A stretch of 64,000 nt of DNA, taken from NCBI GenBank assembly GCA_018304545.1, contig JAGVVZ010000001.1, forward strand, positions 159,495 to 223,494, read 5' to 3'. The notes beneath the pieces were generated by a model, which saw nothing but the letters and a program-made list of their open reading frames with translations, was not told where the DNA came from and did no database searches. Source of the DNA: Candidatus Aenigmatarchaeota archaeon. GTDB lineage: Archaea > Aenigmatarchaeota > Aenigmatarchaeia > CG10238-14. The position numbers were made by a program, and so were the translations under genes. Shown here in pieces: positions 46,404-56,314 of the stretch (within the stretch, counting starts at the first letter, position 1; each line of letters begins with the position of its first letter).

Positions 46404-46820
46404 TTATATATCAGAGCGATCAAAAACAAACCAAAATATTATAGGTAAGGATATTGTAAAGAAATTTTGAACAACAAGTACGTGATAGTATTTGATGGGT
46501 GTATTTTGTAAGAGAATTTGAATTATTGCAAATGAGATGTCGATAAGATAAAACAAGGCAAAAATCAAAACAACAAATTTTATTTTCTCCTTTACGGTCT
46601 TTTTCGGTGTTGCAAGGATCAACGCTGACAATGAAACATATGGCATAAAGGTAAGAATGATTCTACTTGAGATTTGTAAGTTTGTAATATGAGAAAACAC
46701 TCCAATAGTGTAGTTTAATGCAAGCCTATAATATGGGAATGTGAAATGAAAAATTACTAGTAAAATTGCTGTTATTAACGAAAACTTGACGGCAAATCTA
46801 ATTAGGTTATATTTTTCCAT
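46404..46820 (-). CDS. Polytopic membrane protein, possibly the frameshifted/split continuation of the archaeosortase-like gene
   Basis: 138 aa, 4 TM helices. Co-directional with 46807..47346 and overlapping it by 14 nt. Confidence 0.35.
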   Translation of the reverse strand: MEKYNLIRFAVKFSLITAILLVIFHFTFPYYRLALNYTIGVFSHITNLQISSRIILTFMPYVSLSALILATPKKTVKEKIKFVVLIFALFYLIDISFAIIQILLQNTPIKYYHVLVVQNFFTISLPIIFWFVFDRSDI

Positions 46821-47346
46821 TCTTCACCACTTTGTCTATCCAAAATACCCAAAAAAATATGACAAAAAACACGAAAGTTACTTGAAGTAGATATTCATGA
46901 ATTATTTCAAATAGGGGTTGATAATAAACTCCTATGATTGAAAGGAAGATTAAACGCCCCATATTGAAAAAATAAATTATAGGAACTGCCATAAATATTC
47001 CAATAATCTTTTTCTTGATTGAGGAAGGAAATCCTAAAATGCATGATATGATGGCTATTACTTCGAAAATTCCTGTGCATTGTCTGATAACTTCTATCGA
47101 AAAATTGGGAAATATTATCTGATTCTCTGAAATATCAGCATTAATTCCGATTGTTTTTAGAAAATAGAAAAGCGTTTTGGTGGTTGACAGCATGTTGAAG
47201 AGTGGGATAAAGGATTCAAATTGTATTGAGATAAAATAGAAAACTGATAGAGAGCCTATAAAGATAAGAATAAATTTTGCCGTTTCTGAATTTATTTTAA
47301 TTCTGAAAATGTTGTTGGAATTTTCTGAATTCGTATATGGTTTCAT
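46807..47346 (-). CDS. Archaeosortase/exosortase-family transpeptidase-like membrane protein (N-proximal ORF)
   Basis: Polytopic. 'IEVIRQCTGI' (candidate active-site Cys) and 'FFNMGRLIFL' (conserved Arg) match the exosortase/archaeosortase pattern. It overlaps the next ORF by 14 nt. Confidence 0.5.
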   Translation of the reverse strand: MKPYTNSENSNNIFRIKINSETAKFILIFIGSLSVFYFISIQFESFIPLFNMLSTTKTLFYFLKTIGINADISENQIIFPNFSIEVIRQCTGIFEVIAIISCILGFPSSIKKKIIGIFMAVPIIYFFNMGRLIFLSIIGVYYQPLFEIIHEYLLQVTFVFFVIFFWVFWIDKVVKNGKI

Positions 47347-47351
47347 TGGAA

Positions 47352-48530
47352 TCAGGAATCAAAACTTATTTTTTTCGTACCAACAATAACCAGAGAAATT
47401 AAAAGTGTTATAGTCATAATCGGTGATAGAAAAGGGACAGGTTTTGGTGCTGATGAATCCATATAAGTTTGCTCGGATTGTACCGTAAATTCTAAATTAT
47501 CATTAATTCCCCATTTTATTGAATCAAGATAACCATATACATCTGGAACAAAATAACCCATCGTAGTATAGAATAGATTCATGACATTTGGGGCCGTGCC
47601 ATCCTTGTTTGTTCCTTCTATGATAGCTGTACCGTTCTGGAAATAAAAACTTATTTTGTCATTTTGTGTATCGAAAGTGACTCTTAAATCATAGCGTGTG
47701 TTTTCGTCCCATGTAAAAACGCAGTGGTTGGCGCCGTTGGCTACGATCCTAAATCGACCATTGCAAATGCCTTCGGATGTTCTCATAAACCCGAATATCG
47801 TATACCTATTAGCTATGTTTGTCCAACAGTTATTATCACCTGAACCAATACAAAACCAGGAGTTTGTATCACCATTTGGAGATAGAAAGGAAAATTCGAC
47901 TGACGTATTGACTTCACTGATATTTGTAAATCTTCTCCATACATCACATTGATTACTGCCACCAGTCTTTCCACATTTCAATGAGTATGTACCATCTAAT
48001 TTTGAATTCGAATCTACAGAAGCTGAGCCACCTATTATGTTCCACTGAGACATTGAATTATCTTCAAAATTTTGTCCCGAACCTTGTGTGTTTATGGCGG
48101 AGTAATAATAGACGTTCCCGAAAGTCAGGTTAGCACAAACAACAGGAGTATTGCTATTGTAATAAACTTGCAATGTTATGTTTTGATTTGGTTCTATCCT
48201 AGATATTAGCATGGTTATATTTTCATTATTCTCAAAAATAGTATCTTTATCGTCTTGATAATCAAAAATGACTGCATTATTAGATGAGTCCAAAACCCTT
48301 ACTCCACAAACGTTTGGAGTTGTTGTAGAAAACAATTGGGTTCCTGTTAATGTCAGTGTGTAATTATGTTTTGCATAGTTAGGGTCTGTGTTGCTTATAG
48401 TTATATTTCTTGAATTTATGAATGTTGGATCCCACCAGACAGAAATGGCTAATTTTGGAGACAGAAAGGTAAAAAGCAAAAATATCAACGTAAAGATTAC
48501 TAGCTTATTCGATATTTTTATTTTACTCAT
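47352..48530 (-). CDS. Secreted N-glycosylation-rich protein with C-terminal sorting-signal-like tail (putative archaeosortase substrate)
   Basis: N-terminal signal peptide, more than 20 N-x-S/T sequons, a Cys-containing beta-rich body, and a C-terminal 'PKPVPFLSP'-TM('IMTITLLISLVIVG')-'TKK' tripartite signal. Confidence 0.55.
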   Translation of the reverse strand: MSKIKISNKLVIFTLIFLLFTFLSPKLAISVWWDPTFINSRNITISNTDPNYAKHNYTLTLTGTQLFSTTTPNVCGVRVLDSSNNAVIFDYQDDKDTIFENNENITMLISRIEPNQNITLQVYYNSNTPVVCANLTFGNVYYYSAINTQGSGQNFEDNSMSQWNIIGGSASVDSNSKLDGTYSLKCGKTGGSNQCDVWRRFTNISEVNTSVEFSFLSPNGDTNSWFCIGSGDNNCWTNIANRYTIFGFMRTSEGICNGRFRIVANGANHCVFTWDENTRYDLRVTFDTQNDKISFYFQNGTAIIEGTNKDGTAPNVMNLFYTTMGYFVPDVYGYLDSIKWGINDNLEFTVQSEQTYMDSSAPKPVPFLSPIMTITLLISLVIVGTKKISFDS

Positions 48531-48769
48531 TTTTTGATAATTGAATATCTGACATTAAGTCCATATCCTGATATCCCGTGCAAATTTCTTTTATCCAGAA
48601 AAGATAGAAAGTTCCCAGGATTGTTGAGTATCGAGGATCGGTGATGACAGAATATCTTATATAAGAGAAAAAAGATTTTCACACTATAATAATTAAATTA
48701 GAAATATGCCACACACACCCATATATCTATGTTACCTTCGCAGTTCCCATAAATCACTTATACCTTTTC

Positions 48770-48890
48770 TTAATCGGTAGCTGCGTCTGCATACTACATC
48801 CAGAGCCTCTAAGTGTTGCAGATGCCGTTTTATGGTGTATTGGTCGCATCGCGTATATCTGGAGGTATTTTGGAGTATTAAAACTTTTCA
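48770..48890. ncRNA. Candidate structured RNA / GC-rich intergenic patch
   Basis: About 45-50% GC against about 30% around it. A 9-bp stem GCGTCTGCA...TGCAGATGC and further short hairpins. No class assigned. Confidence 0.2.
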
Positions 48891-48930
48891 AGAAAAATCT
48901 ACATAAACAAGAAAACTGAAATATGAATTA

Positions 48931-49647
48931 ATGAAAAATGCGATTGAAATAAAAGGTCTAACAAAAATTTTTGGAGAATTGAAAGCCGTTGATAATGTTA
49001 CTTTATCAATAAAAGAAGGTGAACTTTTTGGTTTTCTAGGTCCGAATGGTTCTGGAAAAACAACAACAGTAAAAATGTTGACAGGTCAGATAAAACCAAC
49101 AAAAGGAAATGCTACAATCCTTGGAAAAGATATTTTAAGAAGTCCTATAGAAATTAGAGAAATTGTAGGTATAATGCCTGAACAGGAAAACCCTCCAAGT
49201 TTCCTAACAGCTGAGGAATATCTTCATTTTGTAGCAAAGATAAGAAAATTGGATAATATAAAAGAGAAAAGTGACTATTGGTTCGAATTTCTAGATTTTG
49301 AAAATCAGAAAAATGTTCTCTGCAAAGATTTGTCACGTGGAACCAGACAAAAATTGATGTTTGCACAAACATTTTTACATAATCCCAAGTTGGTGTTTAT
49401 AGACGAACCGCTGATTAATCTAGATCCAATAATACAAAAGAAAGTGAAAGATTATCTTCAAAATTTTGTAAAAAGTGGGAGAACAATATTTTTTTGTACG
49501 CATGTATTAGAGATAGCTGAAGAAATATGTACAAATATAGGAATAATCTATAATGGAAAACTTATTTTCAAAGGTCCTATGAAGGATTTGAAAAGAAGGG
49601 GGCAACATCTGGAAGACTTCTTTTTGAAATTAGTAAAAGAGGCCTGA
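48931..49647 (+). CDS. ABC transporter ATP-binding protein
   Basis: Walker A 'GPNGSGKTT', signature 'LSRGTRQKL', Walker B 'VFIDEP'. Confidence 0.9.
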   Translation: MKNAIEIKGLTKIFGELKAVDNVTLSIKEGELFGFLGPNGSGKTTTVKMLTGQIKPTKGNATILGKDILRSPIEIREIVGIMPEQENPPSFLTAEEYLHFVAKIRKLDNIKEKSDYWFEFLDFENQKNVLCKDLSRGTRQKLMFAQTFLHNPKLVFIDEPLINLDPIIQKKVKDYLQNFVKSGRTIFFCTHVLEIAEEICTNIGIIYNGKLIFKGPMKDLKRRGQHLEDFFLKLVKEA

Positions 49648-49648
49648 A

Positions 49649-51055
49649 ATGTTTGAAATTCTAATGAGTATGATAAAAGAAGAATGGCGTATTCATTCAA
49701 CCATATTTAGTGGCATGAAATTCTTCTTGTTTCCTTTTGTGATTTCCTTATTTGTATTTCTTGTTTCTCTACTTTTTTCAATTTTTAGCTCTATTATAAC
49801 ATTTAATCAAATTGCTTTGTTAATTCATTATCTTTTTGTGTTATTTGGTTTGAGTGTTGGGGCATTTGGTTTGCTTGGCAGGGAAATTATGAACAGGAGA
49901 TTCGAACAAGCAAGCATGATTGCATATTCATCCAGAACTTTGCCGTTATCTGAAAAAAGAATATTGCTGAATTTTTTCATTAAAGATATAATTTACTATT
50001 TTCTTTTATGGATTTTGCCGGTTGTAGTGGGATTTGCAATTGCATCTCCAATAATTTCAGTAAATCTAAATTATTCTTTCATATTGCTGACAACTTTAAC
50101 ACTGTCATTTCTTATCGGGTTGTCTATTTCGTTTTTCCTATCAACAATATACGTTCATTCTATGAAACTGCTTATTGGTATTTTGTCATTGACCATAATT
50201 TCAGGAGTATTTACAAACAGATACTTTCATACAAATGTGATGGAGTTATTACCATCAATAACATTTTTCTTTAATCCTTCTATGAATTTGATAATTGCAT
50301 CTTTGGCAATTGTAGTTATTCTATCTTCATTTTCTATATTTTTCTTCAAAGTTGATTATGCTGAAAAAAAGAGGATGTTCAAGAATCATTTTAATGTGTT
50401 GTCAAACATTTTTAGATTCAACAAATACTCGATTTTTATTGCAAAGGATATTTTGGATATGAACAGAAGCGGTGGCGGGATGGGAAAAATACTATTCTCA
50501 CTATTATTTCCACTGATAATTATCTGGTTAATGCTTTCAATTTTCCTGAAACTTTTGCCTACCACTAATACGCTCATAATGTTTTCAATATTTTTGGGTG
50601 TTATGTCATCTTCAATATATAATTGGCTCACAGAGTTCGATTTGTTCACTGCATACTCTTTTCTTCCTATCAAAACATCTGAAGTGATAAAAGGTAAACT
50701 CAATACTTATGTATTGCTAAATATAATTTCACTAATTATTTTAATCGTTGTGGCATTAGTAACAAGCATTTTGAATTATTTATTGCCGTCAATTGCGTCT
50801 TTCATAATGGTGTCATTTTATTCATTAGCTGTGACTGTATATTTGACAGGTCTCCATCCAAACATCCTTTTATATGATGCAAAAATACTCTTGGCATACG
50901 TTTTATTAATATCTCCTGTTTTATTGGCATTGATATTTCTCTCTGTATTAAATCCATTTTATCTTTTAATGAGTCCATTATTGATGGTGCTATCTATTTG
51001 CCTGATTAAAAAAAGTTTCAAAAAATGGGATGATTGGGAACAACAAAGTTTTTAA
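49649..51055 (+). CDS. ABC-2-type exporter permease (polytopic)
   Basis: 468 aa, about 10-12 TM helices, immediately downstream of the ATPase. Confidence 0.55.
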   Translation: MFEILMSMIKEEWRIHSTIFSGMKFFLFPFVISLFVFLVSLLFSIFSSIITFNQIALLIHYLFVLFGLSVGAFGLLGREIMNRRFEQASMIAYSSRTLPLSEKRILLNFFIKDIIYYFLLWILPVVVGFAIASPIISVNLNYSFILLTTLTLSFLIGLSISFFLSTIYVHSMKLLIGILSLTIISGVFTNRYFHTNVMELLPSITFFFNPSMNLIIASLAIVVILSSFSIFFFKVDYAEKKRMFKNHFNVLSNIFRFNKYSIFIAKDILDMNRSGGGMGKILFSLLFPLIIIWLMLSIFLKLLPTTNTLIMFSIFLGVMSSSIYNWLTEFDLFTAYSFLPIKTSEVIKGKLNTYVLLNIISLIILIVVALVTSILNYLLPSIASFIMVSFYSLAVTVYLTGLHPNILLYDAKILLAYVLLISPVLLALIFLSVLNPFYLLMSPLLMVLSICLIKKSFKKWDDWEQQSF

Positions 51056-51259
51056 TGACAGAACAATAAAACCTAATATGAATTTTTTGTTTTCTTCACA
51101 AATTTCTATACTGAATTTAAGTCTTTTAATTCCAGAATTGAGTCTTTGTTTGTAATTATGAATATCCATAGTGTTGCGTGTGTATATACACTTTGTTAGA
51201 AAAATATAATCAAATAAAGGAGATAAAAATAAATGCATCAGATCCAATATAATAATACT

Positions 51260-51715
51260 ATGAAACTGAATTCAATTTTATTGGTTGCTATTTTACTAAT
51301 TTCTATAGTTCTAGTTAGCGGATGCGTCCAGCAAACTAAAACTACCGAGACATCCACAACCACCATTGCAAGTGCTACTACAACAAGCACTGTCTCTGCA
51401 ACATCAACTACTTCTGAAACTGTTGAAACAAGTGGAGCAAAGATCTTTGATATAACCGCCAAACAGTGGGAATTCGTACCAGGCACGATACGTGTCAAGA
51501 AAGGCGATCATGTAAGACTCAACATAAAAACCGCGGATGTGACACATGGATTTTCTTTGCCTGAATACGGCATCAGCCAAAGCATAAATCCGGGAAAAAC
51601 TACGGTGATCGAATTTACGGCTGACAAAGTCGGTAGTTTCCCATTTTACTGCAACGTGCCTTGCGGCTCAGGACATATTTCTATGAAAGGAATGCTGATA
51701 GTAAGCGAGAGTTAA
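51260..51715 (+). CDS. Membrane-anchored cupredoxin (CuA/COX2-like copper-binding domain) with Thr/Ser-rich linker
   Basis: Signal anchor, 'TTETSTTTIASATTTSTVSATSTTSETVETSG', then 'HGFSLPEYG...FYCNVPCGSGHISMKGML' (His/Cys/His/Met ligand pattern). Confidence 0.7.
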   Translation: MKLNSILLVAILLISIVLVSGCVQQTKTTETSTTTIASATTTSTVSATSTTSETVETSGAKIFDITAKQWEFVPGTIRVKKGDHVRLNIKTADVTHGFSLPEYGISQSINPGKTTVIEFTADKVGSFPFYCNVPCGSGHISMKGMLIVSES

Positions 51716-52125
51716 CGCTGTTGCTGGCCCAAAGATCTAATTTGCTGATTTTCAAGCAGTTGTTGTTTTTGAAGTAATTGTAAAGCTTCGGGAGTTAACC
51801 CTTTCTCTACAGTTATATTCTTGATAATTCCGGCATTGACACTTTGAACAACAACTATAGTCTCATTCCTGTTTTGATCGTATACTAGCTGCCGTTGATT
51901 ACAATAGCAACTATCATCTTTCACGAATGCGTACTCTGTATTTGCTAAAAAACAGAATTTCTCACAATTTTTTATTATCTCTCCATAAGGTTGCTTAACA
52001 AACAGATCAACATTAATTTTTGAAACCAGTCTTGGTAGGTAAAACACGCCAACAAGTAAAGCAAGCATAATTAAGAGATAAAGAACGTGTTTTCTTCTTA
52101 TCTGGAAATATTCGTTTTTCTGCAT
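51712..52125 (-). CDS. Membrane-anchored hypothetical protein with Gln-rich tail
   Basis: 137 aa. N-terminal TM, Cys pairs, and a C-terminal Q-rich segment. Confidence 0.35.
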   Translation of the reverse strand: MQKNEYFQIRRKHVLYLLIMLALLVGVFYLPRLVSKINVDLFVKQPYGEIIKNCEKFCFLANTEYAFVKDDSCYCNQRQLVYDQNRNETIVVVQSVNAGIIKNITVEKGLTPEALQLLQKQQLLENQQIRSLGQQQR

Positions 52126-52179
52126 TTGAATCAGCCCTAGTAGATATGTTTATTATCTTTCTTTTTAAAAATAAATAAT

Positions 52180-52581
52180 ATGAAAGATCGCAAATCAGTA
52201 ATGATTAGAAATATCACTATTCTAATCCTTATTGCTCTTGCCCTTGTTTTAGGAACATTGTATCAAAACTATAAAAATTCGAATCCTACCGGTAAAGTCG
52301 TTAAAGCTTCAGAAGCAGAAAAGGCAGCTGCGATAATACAACATATCAAGAAATTCCCAGAAATCCAAAAATTCTCTTTCAATGATTATGATGTATATTG
52401 GCTAAGCGAAGAAGATGTGAATGAATTGTCAGCAAAAGAGCCTCTGATTTATGGCAATCTGCCTGGTGGAGTCTACAAAATAGAGCTTAAAGGATATGAC
52501 AGCAACTTGCTTGTGTTTTATCATTTGGAATCTGATAGAATAGTCGAAAAATTCAACGTTCTGTCGTCAAAATTCGCCTAG
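52180..52581 (+). CDS. Membrane-anchored hypothetical protein
   Basis: 133 aa, N-terminal TM anchor. Confidence 0.35.
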   Translation: MKDRKSVMIRNITILILIALALVLGTLYQNYKNSNPTGKVVKASEAEKAAAIIQHIKKFPEIQKFSFNDYDVYWLSEEDVNELSAKEPLIYGNLPGGVYKIELKGYDSNLLVFYHLESDRIVEKFNVLSSKFA

Positions 52582-52617
52582 AACTATTTTTTTAATTAAC
52601 AAAATCAAGTTTAATAT

Positions 52618-55092
52618 GTGATAGAAAAAAAATTACTATATTTTATTATTGCGTCAGTCACGGCAATTAACATAGCCTACTCTCTTCCTATACTTCAAGA
52701 TCAATCCCCGCCCAGCGGTAGTTATTGGCCCGGAGGTCTGACCAACTTCTCAGTATACGTAACTGAAGGCGCGTTGAATACATCTGACGTATATATGGAG
52801 ATTAAAGCTGCTGAAGAAACGAGTAGAATGATATGGGATAGACACTACTTGGGCTGTATAAATATAAACGAAAACACTCACTTTTGTAGTAAATTGGTAT
52901 CGCTCCTTATAGTTGGCGATGATACACTAGAATCCTTTTATTTCAATGCATCCGATACATTTGGCAATTATGGATCACTGGGTAATAAAACACATCCTCT
53001 AAATATCACAGTAGATATAAATCCTCCTTTAATAACAGCAGTTAATGTTGCCAACTATTCCTATGTCAGTTCAAAAAAAGAGATTTTATTCAATATTTTT
53101 GATAGGTCATCCGGCGTCAATATAACTCTAAGTCAGGGTGCTTATGGCAATACAACATCAAGATATGGCAATGAAACGTGGAATTCATCATATACACCGA
53201 TGACATATACAAGCCCTCTTTTTTCAATGAAATTAAACTATTCAGCCCTAGTCAACAACGGCACGTATTCTGTATATGTAAATGCCACGGATAATGTGAA
53301 CAATGTGAACGAAAGCAAAATATTGGATTTGCGGATTGATAATGAATTGCCTACTGTAAATGTATATTCACCGTCATCAAACATGTTACTCTACGGGACC
53401 TCCCCTTTGTTGATAAACGCACAAGATGCACTATCTGCCATTAAGACATCAAGCATATATTTTGTAGTCAAAAGCGATCAAACGAGCAGGTATTCGAATG
53501 CTATGAGTTGCACTGGCCAAACAGAAAAAAATGTTAATTGCTCATATTCACTATACACAAATCCGTTGGGAAACGGGGATTTCAAACTGGTTTATGTTGT
53601 GAATGATATGGCTGAAAATGAAAAAAATCAGACTATTGATTTTAAAATTGACAATTCATTTTTGCAGCTATACATAAACTCTCCCATAGACAATAGCTAT
53701 ACAAACAGATCTACTACCATCAATGCAAATATAGCAAATCATGAAAACAGGATTCAAACGGTAAAATTCAGATTTGATCCGTCGAATGATCCGTGGGCCA
53801 TTATGAACTGCGATCAGAACTTTTATTGCGATTACACATGGAATACTAACACGCTTCAAGAGAGAAGCTATACATTGACTGTTAACGCCACAGGAAATTT
53901 TAATTATCACCTCAACAAATCGACAACAGTGACTGTGGATAGAACACTGCCTCAGTTATACATAATCGGGCCTTCGAACACCACCATAACTGGAGCTGCA
54001 TATCCGCAGTTGACAATTACGGACGAAAACTTAGTAAACTCGAGCGCAGTTAAATTCAGAATCGGTAACATATCTTCTTCCATGAGCTGCTCAGAACAGC
54101 TATTCGGAAAATTATACAATTGCGTTGGCAGTTTCAATTCTTATATGCTCGATAACGGCACATATCCTCTGTTATATGAGGGAGCAGACTATGCTGGAAA
54201 CAGAAATACAAGTCAGATTGGAATATTGATAGCTAATCCTCCTGGATCAAATGAGATCTATAGTAATGTTTCAATAGGCAACACAACTAATGCTACAATG
54301 AATTTTACATTCCCAACAATTAATTTAACAGTTACAACAACTACGATCAAAACTGATAAAAACATAACAGCTATTTTTGATTCTGGCAAACAAACGAATG
54401 TAATCAATGAAACAAAAAACATAACGATAATTCAGATGCTGTCGTCTCCAATAGAATCAGCCGTCAATTCTTTCAAAAATTTCTCATCAATAGAAAAAAT
54501 AGCAAGTATTTCTATATTAATTGCAACCATTGCTGGCGTTATACTTTTTATAATCGGAAGAAAGACGGTGAAAAAGCCGCCTAAAATAGAGATTCTATCC
54601 ATAGAAAATATAGACAGCCTCTTTGTAGAGGAGAGAAGCAAACTGCAATTCGCCTATAATTACATAACTTCCGCCTTTGGTATGAACGAAATAACAACAC
54701 TAAAAGATTATGTGAAAAATGCCTTCGGTTATTTGGAGAAAATGGATAAGACATCTTTCCTAAAATCTGGGTTTGAAAAATCATTAGAATTCATGGACAA
54801 ATCATTAAACACAGAATTATCCCAGTTTATCAAGGATAGTATAAACCAAATATATGTAGATGACAAGGGAAAAGAAGTGAACAGAACAAGGTTTATTGAA
54901 GATATCAAATCAAACTTAGACGAGGCTCTGGGAACGGATGATATAAACAAGGCACACGAAACGCTCGGAATAGCAAAAAGCAGAATAGAGGAGTTCATCA
55001 AATTTTCGGATAAAGAGATAGAAATGTGGAAGAAATACATGGAAAAAGCTAATAACTTACAAAAAACTACGGATAAGGAAAAACAAAAATAA
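52618..55092 (+). CDS. Large secreted glycoprotein (824 aa) with C-terminal TM anchor and ~190-aa cytoplasmic tail
   Basis: GTG start. Signal peptide 'LLYFIIASVTAINIAYSLP', dozens of N-x-S/T sequons, repeated 'N-x-T' beta-rich segments, TM 'IASISILIATIAGVILFIIG', then a helical tail. Confidence 0.55.
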   Translation: MIEKKLLYFIIASVTAINIAYSLPILQDQSPPSGSYWPGGLTNFSVYVTEGALNTSDVYMEIKAAEETSRMIWDRHYLGCININENTHFCSKLVSLLIVGDDTLESFYFNASDTFGNYGSLGNKTHPLNITVDINPPLITAVNVANYSYVSSKKEILFNIFDRSSGVNITLSQGAYGNTTSRYGNETWNSSYTPMTYTSPLFSMKLNYSALVNNGTYSVYVNATDNVNNVNESKILDLRIDNELPTVNVYSPSSNMLLYGTSPLLINAQDALSAIKTSSIYFVVKSDQTSRYSNAMSCTGQTEKNVNCSYSLYTNPLGNGDFKLVYVVNDMAENEKNQTIDFKIDNSFLQLYINSPIDNSYTNRSTTINANIANHENRIQTVKFRFDPSNDPWAIMNCDQNFYCDYTWNTNTLQERSYTLTVNATGNFNYHLNKSTTVTVDRTLPQLYIIGPSNTTITGAAYPQLTITDENLVNSSAVKFRIGNISSSMSCSEQLFGKLYNCVGSFNSYMLDNGTYPLLYEGADYAGNRNTSQIGILIANPPGSNEIYSNVSIGNTTNATMNFTFPTINLTVTTTTIKTDKNITAIFDSGKQTNVINETKNITIIQMLSSPIESAVNSFKNFSSIEKIASISILIATIAGVILFIIGRKTVKKPPKIEILSIENIDSLFVEERSKLQFAYNYITSAFGMNEITTLKDYVKNAFGYLEKMDKTSFLKSGFEKSLEFMDKSLNTELSQFIKDSINQIYVDDKGKEVNRTRFIEDIKSNLDEALGTDDINKAHETLGIAKSRIEEFIKFSDKEIEMWKKYMEKANNLQKTTDKEKQK

Positions 55093-55119
55093 TTTCTATT
55101 AAAAAGAAAATATATTGGT

Positions 55120-56307
55120 ATGAGTTATGTTGATTTTGCGATTGCTGTTTCTGTATTTGTCGTGTTTTTTGCTGTAGTCATAATAGTTGCAACGAATTAT
55201 TTCTCCAATTTGGCCAGTCTGAATAAAAGAGAGGAATACAAACAAGTTGCAACGAATTATTTCAACCAAATTTTCACCAAAAAGGGAACTCCCAGCAACT
55301 GGGAGGATGATCCAAACAACGCTCCGGTTGAATTGGGTCTAGCCGATTTCTTATATCAAACGCCTATTCTTGTGATTGAAAATGGGAATTTATTAAGGAG
55401 CAACGAGCCCATAACGACTAGGATTGTTTTTGATGAAGATTGCGTCAACAAAGTATGGAATAACACGTTTAGAATATATGACGAGGACAACAACGCAACA
55501 AAGTATGAGTTATCAAACGTTGCATTCTGCACCAGTCAGTATCTCAAAGAAGCTAATATAACATGGGCTGCCAATCTATCAGCAAACGAAGAGATAAGAT
55601 ACTACGTTTACTATTCTGGAAATGACGATATAACGGGACCTGGATACAGCACGTCTTTCAGCACATCCGATTGGGTGCCGAACAATGGCGACAGTTATAC
55701 GGAAGCCATTACTGACTGGAGTAGGTATGGCGGTGCGAGTGGTTCGGTGGCTTTGGATAATGGGGATAAAATAAAAGGAACTGGAAGCGTCAACATAACT
55801 GGTACCTTCAACTCTTCTCAACTAGGCATGAAATACGATCCTTCTGCTCTTATCACTGGCGTAGACAACAACTGGTATTTAGATGCGTGGGTGAAAATAG
55901 ATGATAAGACCGGAATAGACGGGGGTAAATTCTTTGTCAAAGACAATAATGAAACAATTGATGTAAATATCATAAGCAATATGACAAGCAACACGTGGTA
56001 TCATTTTCTAGTTCAACTGAATTCGGGGGCTGGCTGGAGCAATTGGGCTACATTCAATGCGACAAACGGAATAGATTACGTTATCTTTGAAGCTACAAAC
56101 AGTTCATCTGGATTGACTAGAACGCTAAAAATAGATAATTTATTCTTTAGGAAAAAACCCCTTGACTTGACTGTTTTTCCAGAGAAAAGAATAGAAACCT
56201 TATCCTCAACCAAATTAGATGCGTTGAAAAACAAAAGCGTAGATGAAATCAAAAAAACAATTGGAGAAGATTACAAAGTCAGAATAGAGGTGATTAAAAA
56301 TAAGTAA
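55120..56307 (+). CDS. N-terminally anchored extracellular protein (pilin-like or pilus-associated, tentative)
   Basis: 395 aa. Hydrophobic N-terminus 'MSYVDFAIAVSVFVVFFAVVIIVATNYF' with no canonical K/R-G cleavage motif. Many N-glycosylation sequons. Confidence 0.45.
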   Translation: MSYVDFAIAVSVFVVFFAVVIIVATNYFSNLASLNKREEYKQVATNYFNQIFTKKGTPSNWEDDPNNAPVELGLADFLYQTPILVIENGNLLRSNEPITTRIVFDEDCVNKVWNNTFRIYDEDNNATKYELSNVAFCTSQYLKEANITWAANLSANEEIRYYVYYSGNDDITGPGYSTSFSTSDWVPNNGDSYTEAITDWSRYGGASGSVALDNGDKIKGTGSVNITGTFNSSQLGMKYDPSALITGVDNNWYLDAWVKIDDKTGIDGGKFFVKDNNETIDVNIISNMTSNTWYHFLVQLNSGAGWSNWATFNATNGIDYVIFEATNSSSGLTRTLKIDNLFFRKKPLDLTVFPEKRIETLSSTKLDALKNKSVDEIKKTIGEDYKVRIEVIKNK

Positions 56308-56314
56308 GGGCTCT

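Noticed and set aside
43565-48900. Integrase or transposase, or a duplicated tRNA 3'-end (att) marking a mobile element after the tRNA tandem
   Set aside because: No tyrosine/serine recombinase or transposase-like ORF and no repeat of the tRNA-Glu 3' end were found. The island interpretation therefore rests only on gene content.
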